A DNA stretch of 64,000 nucleotides from Chrysomallon squamiferum (lineage: Eukaryota > Animalia > Mollusca). Made by a program: the position numbers and the translations under genes. The stretch lies in the NCBI GenBank assembly GCA_012295275.1, contig CM022672.1:3410001-3474000 (forward strand), written 5' to 3'. Under the pieces are notes generated by a model. It ran no database searches and had not been told where the DNA came from. It was given only the letters and a program-made list of their open reading frames with translations. Shown one piece after another: positions 1 to 13,200 of the stretch (within the stretch, counting starts at the first letter, position 1; every line of letters starts with the position of its first letter).

Positions 1-3000
1 ATTACTGCTACTAATGTTGCTATTATGATTGTTATTATTATTACTACTACTACTACAACTACTATTATTATTACTGTTGTTGCTGCTGCTGCTGCTGTTG
101 TTGTTGTTATTGTTAGTGATGTTCAAATTACTTATCAGTTAGAATATAATAGCTTTTGCAATTCAAACTTACATCATTTTCCTTTCTCATGAAAATATAA
201 TTCCTGTTGGTCTCATCTTAAAAAGAAACACACACAAAAAAAGATGTACACAAACAGCAAACATATATTTAATAATAAATAACAATTTTGTCACAAGTGC
301 CAAATATTGCAAAAAAAAGAACAAAGCTACATAAACTCAATTAATCTACAAGTGAATGCTGCCTTTTGTGAGTTTTTATTGTATATTACATTTATCTACT
401 AGTGAGTCTCACCAAACTGAATACTTGAAAAATCTAACAAACATCAAAATACTATCTTCTCTTATGTCTCATGATTTTTATGTATCTATATCTCAGTAAG
501 ATATCAAAATACCAAACCATTTAACCGGCTTTCCAGAAATCTGGCTATTTTTCAAAATGGCTACTTCTGAATTAGGCACACACTTTCTGTTATGCCAGTT
601 CCCATTATAATTGCTGTGTACAGGTGACCTCTCATAATTGTTTTTATTTTAATTTTAGTTTGTTCAATTTACTCCTATTTCATTTTTATCACATTTTAAA
701 AGACTGGCTGAAATGCAGCTTGCTAGTGAAAAGCATATTCCATTAGACGTATTTTAGAAGTAATTTCAAAATAATCAGAAAGACCTTATTTTAGAAGTGT
801 ATTAAATTGTATCTGTTAAATACAGTTTTATTCTTTATTTTTCTTGGTTTATTTTATATTTTAAGTAAAGATTTAACCTTTATCCCAAAATCCAACAGAC
901 AAGGAAATCTGCACAACCCTAGGTGACACAACTGCCAGATAAATGATTCAGTAACTGTATTTGTAACATTATAATTCAGTTTGTATCAGTACAATATGAA
1001 ATACACTCCACACAAAACAAACAATTAAAGACTTGTTATTTTTAGTAAACAAAACTGCTTCATTGAAACTGTGACCCCAAAATCAGAAAATGAGTCACAA
1101 ATCACCAGTGCCAGATTCAAAATATAACACAAGGAAACAATTTTTAAAAATATTTTCAGACTAAATCATCCGTACTAAAGACAGAATTTAGTTATTACTA
1201 CATGTCACTGAAATATAAAACAGTAAAAGAATTTTGCATCACTTCCAAGTTATAATTATGGAAGGCAACTCATTTCTAATAACCATAATTCAGTATTCAA
1301 AGAAAATATTTGTATGAAAAGTGTATATTTGAAAAATCAGTATTTTTTTTTAACTTTTGGGTCATAAAGAGTATTCAGATGTAATTACATGACACAAGTA
1401 GAGGTGTCAGGTCACAAAATAGTTGTTAGGATGAAAAAGAAAACAGGAACATCTCTAATAAGAATGAGTAACAATATTATGGCTGTAATGCTTGAGTAAT
1501 GATACTATTATATTAATCTGAATGAATGACAGTGAGTTACTGTTTTTTAGGCATATTCCTCCATTTTTACTTCTAGATTACTTTTAGTGAGCAGCAAATA
1601 GTAAAAAGGTTTCACTGTCACAATATGATGAATTTAAAAAGAACCTCCAGTGGATTGTACATTCTGATCCATACAATACAAAGCCAGGATATTGTTTACT
1701 TCTACTATGTTCAAATATTTGCCTCTAAATGGTTTTATCCACCTCATTGATGAAGGAATAAAAAAACAGGCAATTCTTAATGTCTTGTAAGTATATTACA
1801 TAAATATGTTGGTAATTTAAATAAATTACCATAAATAATTATCACTGAGGAGACAAGTAATTATATATATTCCATAATATTATTAACTAGTGATTAGACT
1901 ATGAAATACACTTGTACCTGTAGAAGGATCAAGCGGGTTATTTTGAATCATGTAATGAAGGAGCCTGGGTCATCTCAACAAGACATAATAGTTTTTGTTA
2001 TTCAAATTTTCATTATTTTCCGTGACAAATGTATTACAAATATTTTCTGTTTTAGCTCAGTCTGTCATACATCTGAACAGAAGGGGGAGTAAGACAAAAA
2101 TTATCCAAAACTTAAATCAAACTTTACTACAGGTAAATGATGTCATGTGATAAAGATTTCAAAGTGAACGTCACGGTAACAGTTTTAAAAAACCCCAGAC
2201 ATAAACTACCTAATTAAAATTAATAATTATTTTACAAAAATTAACAAGTTTGTGAAGGTTTAGTAAACAGAAATTTTCTACCATAAAAAAATAAAAAATC
2301 TACAAGTAATTAATTAAAAAAAAAAAAAATAAAAAGAAAGGCATGAAGATGTAAGTATATTTTTAAACATATGTTAGGAAAAACATTTTAATTACTCAAG
2401 AACTATGTTAAATAAGAGGAAATTACAGTGAATCAGACTAAATAACATAAAGTAATATTGTGTTACAGAGTAAATGTTTCTGACTGAAAATTAATATCAG
2501 GTGGTACAAAGAAATATGTTTAAATAAAAAGTGTGAAGTTGAAAATAATTAACAGTAGTGAAATAAATAAACAAATGTGAATTTGCATTGTTCAAGCAAC
2601 ATGGATATTATATGACTGTGCATTTGAATGTGTGAATATGAATGAATGCTGACGTGTGCATTTCAATTAGTATATGAATATGAGTTCATAACAATTAATT
2701 TTGTTAATTTCAAATAATATCTATAGAAGTAAGAATAATTATTTGAATATACGAATAAAAATGAACAATTCTGATGAAGAAATTCAAAATATATCATTAA
2801 CTAATAAATATACTTTACTGAAGTTTCACAGTAAGAAAATTCTAATTTTTTGTGCACAAACCCTATTTCTATCTAGAAATACCATTTAAGAATCATTCTC
2901 TTTAAAAAGTGCAAATAGGTGAAATGTACTAGAAAGATTGAATAATACATTTTCAAATGAAACATTAATTCAAGTTACATTGTCTGTAAGAGGAATCCAT

Positions 3001-4369
3001 TAATGTTTTCTTTATTTAAAAAAAAAGAAAAGAAAAGTGGAGGATGAAGAAGAAGTAGAAGAAAAAGAAAAAGAATTAAAGGGAAAAAAAATTGTTCATC
3101 ATTTGTTGCTTTTGAGAGTAGAATGAAAAATTATTGATTTTGTCCAATTAAATCAATATAAAATTTTGTACATTACATTATATACCAAATTCAACAACAA
3201 TTTTACTTTAAAAATTATAACAATTATTTTTTTATAATTTTTTTAAAAATAAACCCCATTTACATTATAAATTTTAAAAAATAGTAATGAAATTTTTTTT
3301 AGAATTAATATCATATGTAAAAAGATCACATGAGAAAAAAAAAAAAGGAATGATAAAAAACTAAAACCAAACCAAAACAATATCCAAAAGTTCTTAAACA
3401 ACAAAAATTTAACTTGGCCTAGATAACAATTATTGATATACAGTCTTAACTAGTAAGACACTTAGTGATAACTACTAGACTGTGTACTGAATTTAAACAG
3501 GAATATACCATTCCAACCACTGCAATACTAATCCTGTGATTGTAAGAAATAGAGAAATAAACGACCAAAGTTTTGAAGTAATTTTTTTTTTTTTTTTTTT
3601 AAATAACTGTTTTAACAAATATATGAAATCAAACTTAAAATAATCAGATTATACATTTCTCAAATCCATGGAAAAAAGAATAATAATAAGATAATAATAC
3701 TTCATATTTCTCATTATGTTTTGCATATAATTGTTTAAATTGTTCAAATCATTCATGAAAATTTTAACAGTCAACATGTATCCACTTCATTTCCTAAATT
3801 GTCAAGAATCTTTGAAAATGTTCTGTTTTTGTTCATTCAAAATGTTCTCTGATGAAAGATTTTTTTTTCTATACTTTGTAATGAATCCCAAACATACATA
3901 CAAAAAGAAAATCAGTTGGCTGATATTGAGAAATTGTAACAGCTTTTATATTAGAAAACAGGAAAATTTCTAGAATAAAAAAATATATATATATTACCAC
4001 TCTTGCCATAGTATTCTAAATGTGTCAAGAATTCTAAAACATATATATTTAAAAATTTGAAAATGTATCTGATATTTTCCCAGACAGAAATATGAAACTT
4101 CTTGGAATTTAAAAAAAGATACAATGGATCCTATAATAAAAATCTGAAGATTTCTAGAAACGAAAAACAAAAAAGAATATAATAAAGTTCCTAATACAGA
4201 AAAATCTGAATGGTTTTAGAAAGACTAAAAAAAAAATTAAAAAATAGAAAGAAAGAAAGGATATACTTAATCTGGTTTATATAATTTAAAAAAATGTTTT
4301 TAACATTTACATATACTGCTAACAAAATTCCTAAATGTAACATCATTCCTTAATGTAAGAGTAAGTACA

Positions 4370-5130
4370 AGTGACAATGTTCATATATATATATGTAACA
4401 GTGTATGAACAAGTGTTCATAAAGTAAATTAACAGTGTTCCCTGATATAAATGTGTTCATAATTGTTCCTCAGTGTAATAATGTTCATAAACATAATGTA
4501 ACAGTACTCATTCCTGTAACAGTGTTCATACATGCAAGTGTTCACAGATTAAACAATGTTGATATATGTAAGTGTTCATAAATGATATAGTGTTCATAGG
4601 TGTAAAATGTTCAAAGGTGCAACAGTGTTCATAACAGAAGTGTTGGTGTTTCCTGATAAAATGTAACTGTGTTCCCTGGGTATTTATGTTAAAAAATGTA
4701 ACATTGTTCATATAATGTAACAGAGTTTGTAAATGAAAGTGTTCATAGATTGAACAATGCTTATAGATATGTTTCCTGATAAAACAGTGTAACATTATTG
4801 ATAAACTAAATTATCCCTGATATAAAAAGTGTCCATAATTGTTCAGTGTAACAACATTCGTTGATGTAATGTTGATGTTAATGGATGTAGCTGTGGTAGA
4901 TGTAAGCTGTGGCAGATGAATCAGGTGTCAAGATGTAACTTGTGTTCACAGATGTATAATGTCTCAAAATGTGTCAGTGCTCGCAGACATAATAGTGTTC
5001 TTAGCTATAAATGGTGTTTAGGCTCCACAGTGTAGCATAAATGTAAGTGTTAACAGACGTACAATATTCTGAAATAAATCAACTGTAACATGTGTAACAA
5101 CAGCATTCACATACATAATAGTATACATCT
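4370..5130. repeat. Degenerate ~18-22 bp minisatellite in the CNNM 3' region
   Basis: Many variants of atgtaacagtgttcata in tandem (tgtaacagtgt, agtgttcata, aatgttcata). Confidence 0.7.
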
Positions 5131-5550
5131 AGATACACCAGTACTGCTACATAAAAAGTTGTTCCAGAGTTCTGTATTTTACAAACTATTCGAGTTAACT
5201 GGGTATTTTCATCTCTATGATGTCATAAAAGAAACATATTTCTGTAACTGAATATAAAAAACAATCTATGCATTTCAAGATTATATATATATATATATTT
5301 TCTCTATTTTTTTTCACCTACTTGGCCCTTACATCATAATCACAGCTATTTTGCATATATAATTTTACAAGTCTGGTTATTTGTAACTTTACAGTCTCAA
5401 ATGGCTAGTCTGCACGCTTAAAACCTGTTAAACAAATAAATACATTTATATCCTTACAAAGGCATGGTAGATAAACTGTGTGTTAACTCATACGAACTGG
5501 GGTATTGATTACAGCGTTGTCGACTGGGATCTCAGTTTCGCATGCAGATG

Positions 5551-6146
5551 CTAGCTAATCTGGGCATCTGGTACTGATGGGGTTTTTTCATCCACCAACG
5601 GAGTTTTCTCGTCGACGTTGTCACCATCACTGTGGTTCGGACTGATGAGAGTCACTTCAGGTGTAATTTCAATCTCGACGGAATCGATCTTTCTGGCTTG
5701 TTCATCGGAGCTTTCACACTGAGACTTCGTGTCACTGGTCTTCTCTTCTAGAGCAGATTTCGAAATCTTTCTGTCTGTGCTCATCACGAGGAAATCCTTG
5801 TGAATGGCCTCCTTGCTCTTCGACATGTTTGCACCGTTCTCCAAGTTCTCGCTGCTCTCGTGGGCAACCTCCGTGAACGTTGCAGTGCTGTTGTTGCGGC
5901 TGACGGTCACTTTCGTTGCCCGGTGCCACTCCTTTTTGAAATGTTCCTCCAGCTTGCTGTCCTCTTCCTGTTTCTGCACCATCATTGTAGTCCTCCGGGC
6001 AACAACGTAGTGCACCCTGCGAATTCGCAGAAACTGCACGAATGAAGACGCCTGCAGTGTGAAGTCGGGTTTGTAGGGCTCCGTCTTCGAGTATGAAACT
6101 TCGTTAGTTCCCTGCCCTATTGGAGTCAGTGGAAACTCATTCACTT
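5551..6146 (-). CDS. CNNM2: CNNM terminal exon 6
   Basis: cttctttcag|AAGTG; lies in ORF 5551..6168; [23 protein letters not shown] matches the end of the CNBH domain and is followed by a disordered acidic tail; TAG stop. Confidence 0.9.
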
Positions 6147-9100
6147 CTGAAAGAAGACAAAACTTCATACTTCATAATTTTCCACTAATTTCTTCTTTTA
6201 TATATTTAATTTTTTATTATTATTATTATTTTTTTTTTTTTTTTTTCATTCATTTATCTTTTTTCTTTGCTTTTTTTTTATGATGAACATATACATTGTT
6301 ATCTCTCATAATTATTATTATTTTAAAATTCAAACTGTTGTTTTACTGATTCAAAATAAATAAATTTATAAAATTGTAAAACATGCTAACAATACTTATA
6401 ACCATCTTCAAAAGAAAGGAAAACAAAAAAGTACATATATATATATGTATATATACATCAGTATAAGAAAACTGTTACATGTACTCTTCATTTAATAATC
6501 TGTTTCCCAATGTGGTACTTGTTCTGTTACAAGTGCTGGGCAAGAACAAAAAGTCATTACAGAATATGCTTCATCAGATATCTTTTAAAAAAACAAGAGA
6601 GATTAAATATGTATAAAAAAGTAACTGATGAACTGTTAACATTCTGCAAAAGACACGCACCCTGGCTTTGTAAGAGAGAGTGCCTGTTGCAGACTTCCTT
6701 CACAACTGCTTGCTCTGATTAGCACATTAATTTTTCACTCACTCACTCACATTTGCCAACACAAGTCAAACTTTTCACTGGACAGCAGGAGGAATCTTAC
6801 TACCTTCTGTGGAATGTGTCACTAATCTGTGGTTTAAGACTGTTTATCTCCAACTGCCAGCGACAAACAAACCGAATCTAAATACTAATACTATGTTATA
6901 AGAATTTTCATAGTTTGCATTTTGATATTGTTTGTTAATCTGAAATAGTTTATCTAGATGTACCAAAATGCTTTCTGTTTATAACTTAATTTATTTATTG
7001 TTGTTGTTGTTGTTATTTTCTTCTTTTTTTGGAAATTTAAAAAAAAAAATGTATTGCTGTCATCGTTTTTTTTTGTTTCTGTTTTTTCTTACTATGCTGA
7101 TTTTCATCTAGTTTTATTATTTATAAATAATAAAACAAAACTCTGTAGATTAAGAACACAATTTCTTCTTTTTTTTTTTTTTTTTTTTTTTTCTGAGATA
7201 ATGATCTGCATTGAATCTGAAATGTATAATACTGAGAGAAAATGGTCTCATCACATGATCCAAACTCGTCAGCATGTTCCAATTGGTGTATCAAAATACA
7301 TGATATGTCAGGGCTGGATTTAGGTGAGGTGAGGCCATTAACTATGGAAAACTTTAGTGGCCCCTTTCTGACTAGTGCTAACAGAAAATAAACTGATAGC
7401 TGAAGTCAAGATCATAAAGGTCATTCTGATCGTAGGGCCCCAAGACAAAGATTTTTTTTTTTTTTTTATCTTATACCTATAGTACGTGCTTTACCATCTG
7501 AGGGAACTATTATTGCCTATTGGTTTCCTCTTAACTACTGTTAAACAAAATCATATCTGACACCAGGGACCACTTAGGCATCACAGTGTAAATGTGGACC
7601 TTTACCTATGAAAGCAATAAACTGAAGTTACTACAAACTTTTTTTTTTAACTTTTTCATACTGGAAGTTTAAAATAAGGCAGCATCAGTTAAATTCTGTA
7701 TAGCCTGACTAACACCGATTTATCTGATACTAACTAAAATAATCTATTCAGCGACTAACACAGATTTATCAGGTACCAACTAAAAATAATAACTCTATTC
7801 AAATGACAAATAAGGATCTTTTTTCCTTGCGTCAACTTATATGTCTCTTTTACCTTCTTTGCTTGAACATATATCTTTTCTTTTTCTTTCTTATTTTTTC
7901 ATATGGGCACATAGTTACTGTAACAAATAAATACAAGACAAAAATAATTTTAAACATAATATTAATTTATAATATCAAACAAATCCACGAGAGAAATAAA
8001 TACAACATCCTACTTTTAAGAACGTCGACTCCAAAATAGCTGAACGGTCCTCCAATAAACAACATACACTCCCTGCCAACCAACACTTCAGCTTGTCCTG
8101 AGAAATAAAAAATAAAACAAAATATAAGTAAACAGAATAAAATTACACATAGATAGACAGACAGACAGACAAATAGATAGGTAGATAGGTCAGCAGAAGG
8201 TAGATAAGCATCTTGGTAGACAAACAGCAGATAAGACAGACAGACAGACAGACAAACAGAAGATCGATAAATTCACAACTATATTAATACTGATCAGACA
8301 AAACAGTTTATTTTCAATTTAAAAAAAACTTTCAATTTAAAAAAAACACACCAAAAAACGGAGTGTCGTTCTCTACCCATACCTTGCAAAATGAGTACAA
8401 AGTAGTCAGCTTCAACACCGTTCCTGTAGATGTAGTTCTTTTCTGTCATTGAGTTGGTTGCCTGCAGCGTAACGACGATGTTCTGTCGTATCAAGCGCTT
8501 GAGTACACTTCGCGAGACGTATTTTTCACCGAATGGTTCAACAGCTAAAAACACAAATACTGCTTTGTTAAACTTCCGTTTGATATCTGAAATATTATAC
8601 TGTCATTTTAAATCTACCTTTTTTGTTTTTTTAATGATAAAGAAATAATAAACTAACATAAAAATAATGCAACTAATTTTTTATTTATTATTATATCCTA
8701 AGCATATATCTTTTAATTCATTAATTTATTATTTTATTTGTTCTTTAAAATAAAGCACCATCTGGAACAGGAAAACAGGAAAGAGTCTATAGACATGGAT
8801 GAAAGAAATGTTCTGTTTATGTAAGTATGTACATTTTTAACCTACAGTTACATGGTATTATCCACTTGCAAAGAGTGGGGAAACATGCTGACAGAATGAA
8901 GTGAGCTATTCTTTTTATTTTTTACTAGCAGCAAGGCATATATAATTTTTCACCTTCCCATAGACGGGGAAATGTGTATGAAGACTTTTAATAAACCGGA
9001 CATGGAACTCTGTCGCTACAGTGGGAAAGATCCAATATCTCAAATCATCTTTCTCTATCAAACTACTGTCTGCTATTTTGAGAAAAACTGATCCTAGAAC

Positions 9101-10200
9101 ATAGCACCCCATTATGCAAACGTTCCCCCTGAGAATTTACGTGTCATTCCCAAATATTTGGCCTTTCTGCTACTAATGATTTTGTTAGGAACAGTAAGAC
9201 TAGCATGTTTATTATGTAGTTTTTATAAATATTGAAATATAGATGTTTATTTACTAGATATAAGAATATAGAGTAAAAAGAGGGTATGTGAATTAAAATG
9301 ATGGTATGCCTGTAGAAAGAAACTGCAAGGCTGCCAGAGCTAGCTGGGGTGAGATCTTTGGTCCACTTTCTTCATCAGCATTGAATATGCTGTAATCCTG
9401 CTTCTGTCTTTTTCGTGGTTTCTTTTTCCGATTGTCAGCTGAAAACATAAACATTCAAAATTTTACATCTACAGATAACAAAAGTAGTATAATTTCAATT
9501 CGTTCTCTTCTTTTTTTTCTTCTTTATTTCACAAACACAGACAGGCAGGCTCATTTTACAGGCACTGATAATAAATCATTTTTAAGGAGCCTGGTTAGAA
9601 TGGGAAACAGCCAACTGGGTGAACTGTGGAGACTGATTTATCAGCTTTTCTTGACCAGCTGCAAAGTTTATATTAAACATTAACCAAACTCTGGCTTTTA
9701 TTGATAGCAAAGCACTTTTATATTCTAAAATAACTTTGATGCCTGAACGAAGATTTAAGCCACATCTTGCATACTTCCTAATTATTGCTATATATCGTGA
9801 CAAATCTTTTTAAAATAACAAACTCCTGTGGATATATATAGAGGATGACATTTTCTCATTTTATCATGAAGATTATTATTTTGCTAATCAAAAAAAAAAA
9901 AAAGGAAATATAATTTTGTTTTTTTAATAATCTTACTGAGAACATCTGTTTCATCAATAATTTCTGTCTGGATGATTTCCTCGATGACATCTTCCAGCGT
10001 AACAACACCCAGAATGTCGTAGTAAGGGTCACAGTCTTCTTCATTCACCAGTTTCTGTACAATAGCCATGTGAGAGTTTCCTGTGAAAACACAGAGATAA
10101 AATAATCATTACCTGGCACTATAATATTCAGTATAATGTGAAGCCATAGGTATGGCTTTTAGAAATGGTTAATGTATGAATGGTGAAACAAGGTAAAACA

Positions 10201-10235
<35 letters not shown>

Positions 10236-13200
10236 GTTGATGTATTTTATAAAAACATGAATTTTACACCCAGACATACATTTATATATCATAGATATAT
10301 CTGCAAGTCTATTAGGTTCTTTTATAGTCTTGATCCTGCAATCCAGCAAAGTTTATCATATGTATTTTTACCATCTTAATAATTATTAAATATATATTTT
10401 TTTGGCTAATATTAATCATTAAATTACCCATCACTGTCAGTATTAATTAATAAATTTTACCTTTGTTGCTATTAATAATTGTTAAACCAAGAAAAAATGA
10501 TGAACAGGATTAACAAACAACAAATAGTATTTCTGGTGTGTTTAAAAGAAAGCTGAAAACACAGAAATTATTTCATCTGTGATAAGATGGTCTTGTATAT
10601 GTGAATCTAATTATATTTTCCTCAATATTTATTAACTATTGTAAACAACAGCACAAATCTGACATGACCAAACAACACAGTCTAATCAATTTTTGAAAAG
10701 TAAATTACTACAAAGATCAATAATTCTTTTGTTATTGATCAAAGAACAAAAGGGAAATGAACAAGACACATGGAAGAATATTAAAAATAAAAAAAAATCC
10801 AACACAATTAATACATGTTATGAGACATTCAGATTTACATTTTATATCCTGTTTGTTTGAAATCTATATTTTACATGTTTTCGGTTTAATGCTATTTAAC
10901 ACTGTTTGTGTACAATAATACAAACTGAAATTAAATATTAATATAAAGGGATACCTTTATGTGAGCATGTGTATTCATGTTACAGCTGTATAAATTGTAT
11001 ACATTTATGTTTAAATGTTATGCATCATATTCTCTAATTTTGTTATTTCAGTATATTTATGTGTTAATCAGTTTATTACTTATGTGTGTTGTATTTGAGA
11101 AAGAGTATGTATGTGTGCATACATGTGTCTGTGTGTGTGTGTTTATATGTCTCTATTGTTTAGAAAGTAATGAGAATGTATTATAACAAAGCATTAATTT
11201 CTGTAATGAAAAGATAGGCTTAAAAAAGCCTTACAAATTAAACTGACTCAGCTGAAATTATTCAATCAAACATTTTTGATTTTTTGTTTTATTTTGTTTA
11301 TTTATTTTTTTTTTTTTTTTTTTTCTAAAACTTGTTTTCAGTTACCTACATCAACTAAACTACAGTCCTGCATGTTTTTGTCAATATACAACACTTTGGA
11401 ATACAGGTACATGCATGTGTATAATGATTATTTCCTATAATAAAGTTAATCTGATGTAATCAATGTTTTCTCAAGACATGCAGCTGAAGTGGATACATAT
11501 TTTATTACTTTCTTTTCTTCAGTTAAAGATTGTTTTAAGCACATGAGGCTGAAACTGTGGTTATTTTTTGTAATAAGTACCAGCTGGGACTGTTTGACTG
11601 ATATGAACAAAGAACGGTTATATCGATTTTTCCACAAATAGAATTGATTTTTTTTTTTTTTTTTTTTCCCCAATCAATCTCATTGCAGTAAGCCATAGTT
11701 AAATAATAGCATCAGACATTTCTTTTCCCTGAAGATTCAGACCCTGTTTCTGTGTAACAGAGAAACATAGCCTTCAGTAACAAATTTTAACAAGAAGTGT
11801 CAAGTAGTAGAAACTTTTGTTTGAATGAGTTGTTCGTGTGTGTATTTGCAGATGAGTGTGTGTGCGTGTGATCATGTATGATTTTACCTGTACGTGTGTG
11901 TGGGGAGGAGCTAAAACAAGTATGTAATAAATGCATGTGTGTAAAATGTGCATGCAGGAATAAATGTGTACATATAAATATAAGTATATAAATACTGGGA
12001 AAGGGATCAGTAAAAAAGAAAATGACAGATCAAAAATTAGATAGAGACAAAGATCTTTGAACTATATAATCTGTCATCATGAAATAATCATAAAATTAGG
12101 TAAACAGAAAATAGTTCATTTGACAAACCATTATATAGTAAAAATAGTATCTCTTAAACACTATATAAGGATTATTAACATGCACACACACTCACATATA
12201 TATATATTTTTTTTTTTTTACAAAAATGAAAGAATTTCTATTTTAAATAGAGCCACCAAAAAATATAAAACCATGTTAGTTTTCCAATTTTTTCAAAAAC
12301 AATTACCACTCAATTATTTTATATCACTGGTTTCTACAAACTGACCACTGCTGACTGCATGAACTGCCATTCATCGCCAGTCAATAGTTAGATGAACCAT
12401 CAGCTTCTGTGAATCAATAAACTGAAATCCACAGAGAGACTCAAATGAACACCTGTTCTATCATTGCACGAGAAATAATTTCACACAGATACAGGTATTT
12501 TTGTATCAGGGTGAAAAAACAATGAAGATTTATTTCTGTACATTAATGACAATTGAGGCCATGTCGGCAATGGATTCTTAGTGTACAGTATCTTAAACAT
12601 TCCTAATGAATCTTTTGTTTCTTCTTTTTGAAAGAGAAATTTGTTTATATGATGTTTATATTCCCAATATATCAGTTATTTGTAATGTTAAGTTCAAATA
12701 TGTCTTTCTTGGTCCAAGTCCATACATCATTTTTCACATAATGTCTATTTTTAATACTTATCCCAACTGTGATTACAACTAAATTATGATAAAATATTTT
12801 TAAAATCCACTTGACTAGTAGATAAGTGATCTGACTGTACTAATTCCATATTCTTTTATGGGAATTCTGTAAAGTAAATATTTACAAAATAAAGAAAGAA
12901 AACTGAATGGTTACATCTTAGGAGAATACAGAGAGAAAGGTGTTGATTTTGTAGACAATTAGAACAGAAATATCACAAAGGGTGCTTTGATCTCTCACAC
13001 AAACACATATACAATGCACCCAAACATAAAAATACATCATACACACCAGCATGAATACTTCAACACACAGACACACACAAACACACAAAACATGCACAGG
13101 CTCACATACAAATACACAAAACACATGCACAGGCTCACACACCAACACAAAACAACAACACATGCAAACTGAAACAAAGATAAATTTATCCACACAACCT

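Noticed and set aside
4526-4795. His-rich 89-aa ORF with EH repeats
   Set aside because: It arises from the degenerate minisatellite and has no splice or homology support.
5732-6045. Overlapping and antisense ORFs in CNNM exon 6 (likewise 48194-48612 in FAM53)
   Set aside because: They are shadow frames of GC-richer real exons with no independent coding signal.
6751-6853. Candidate CNNM micro-exons in intron 5 (21 nt at 6801-6821; 27 nt at 6751-6777)
   Set aside because: The 21-nt exon keeps frame but has a poor polypyrimidine tract, and the 27-nt one creates TAA at the junction. Neither is needed for the model, and RNA-seq would be required.
7310-7445. Possible non-autonomous DNA transposon end (cagggctggatttag...gggcccc; similar at 17420-17470)
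   Set aside because: Too decayed; no matching TIR pair or target-site duplication could be established.
7495-7537. 43-nt exon-like segment in CNNM intron 5
   Set aside because: It ends in phase 2, which is incompatible with the phase-1 terminal exon.
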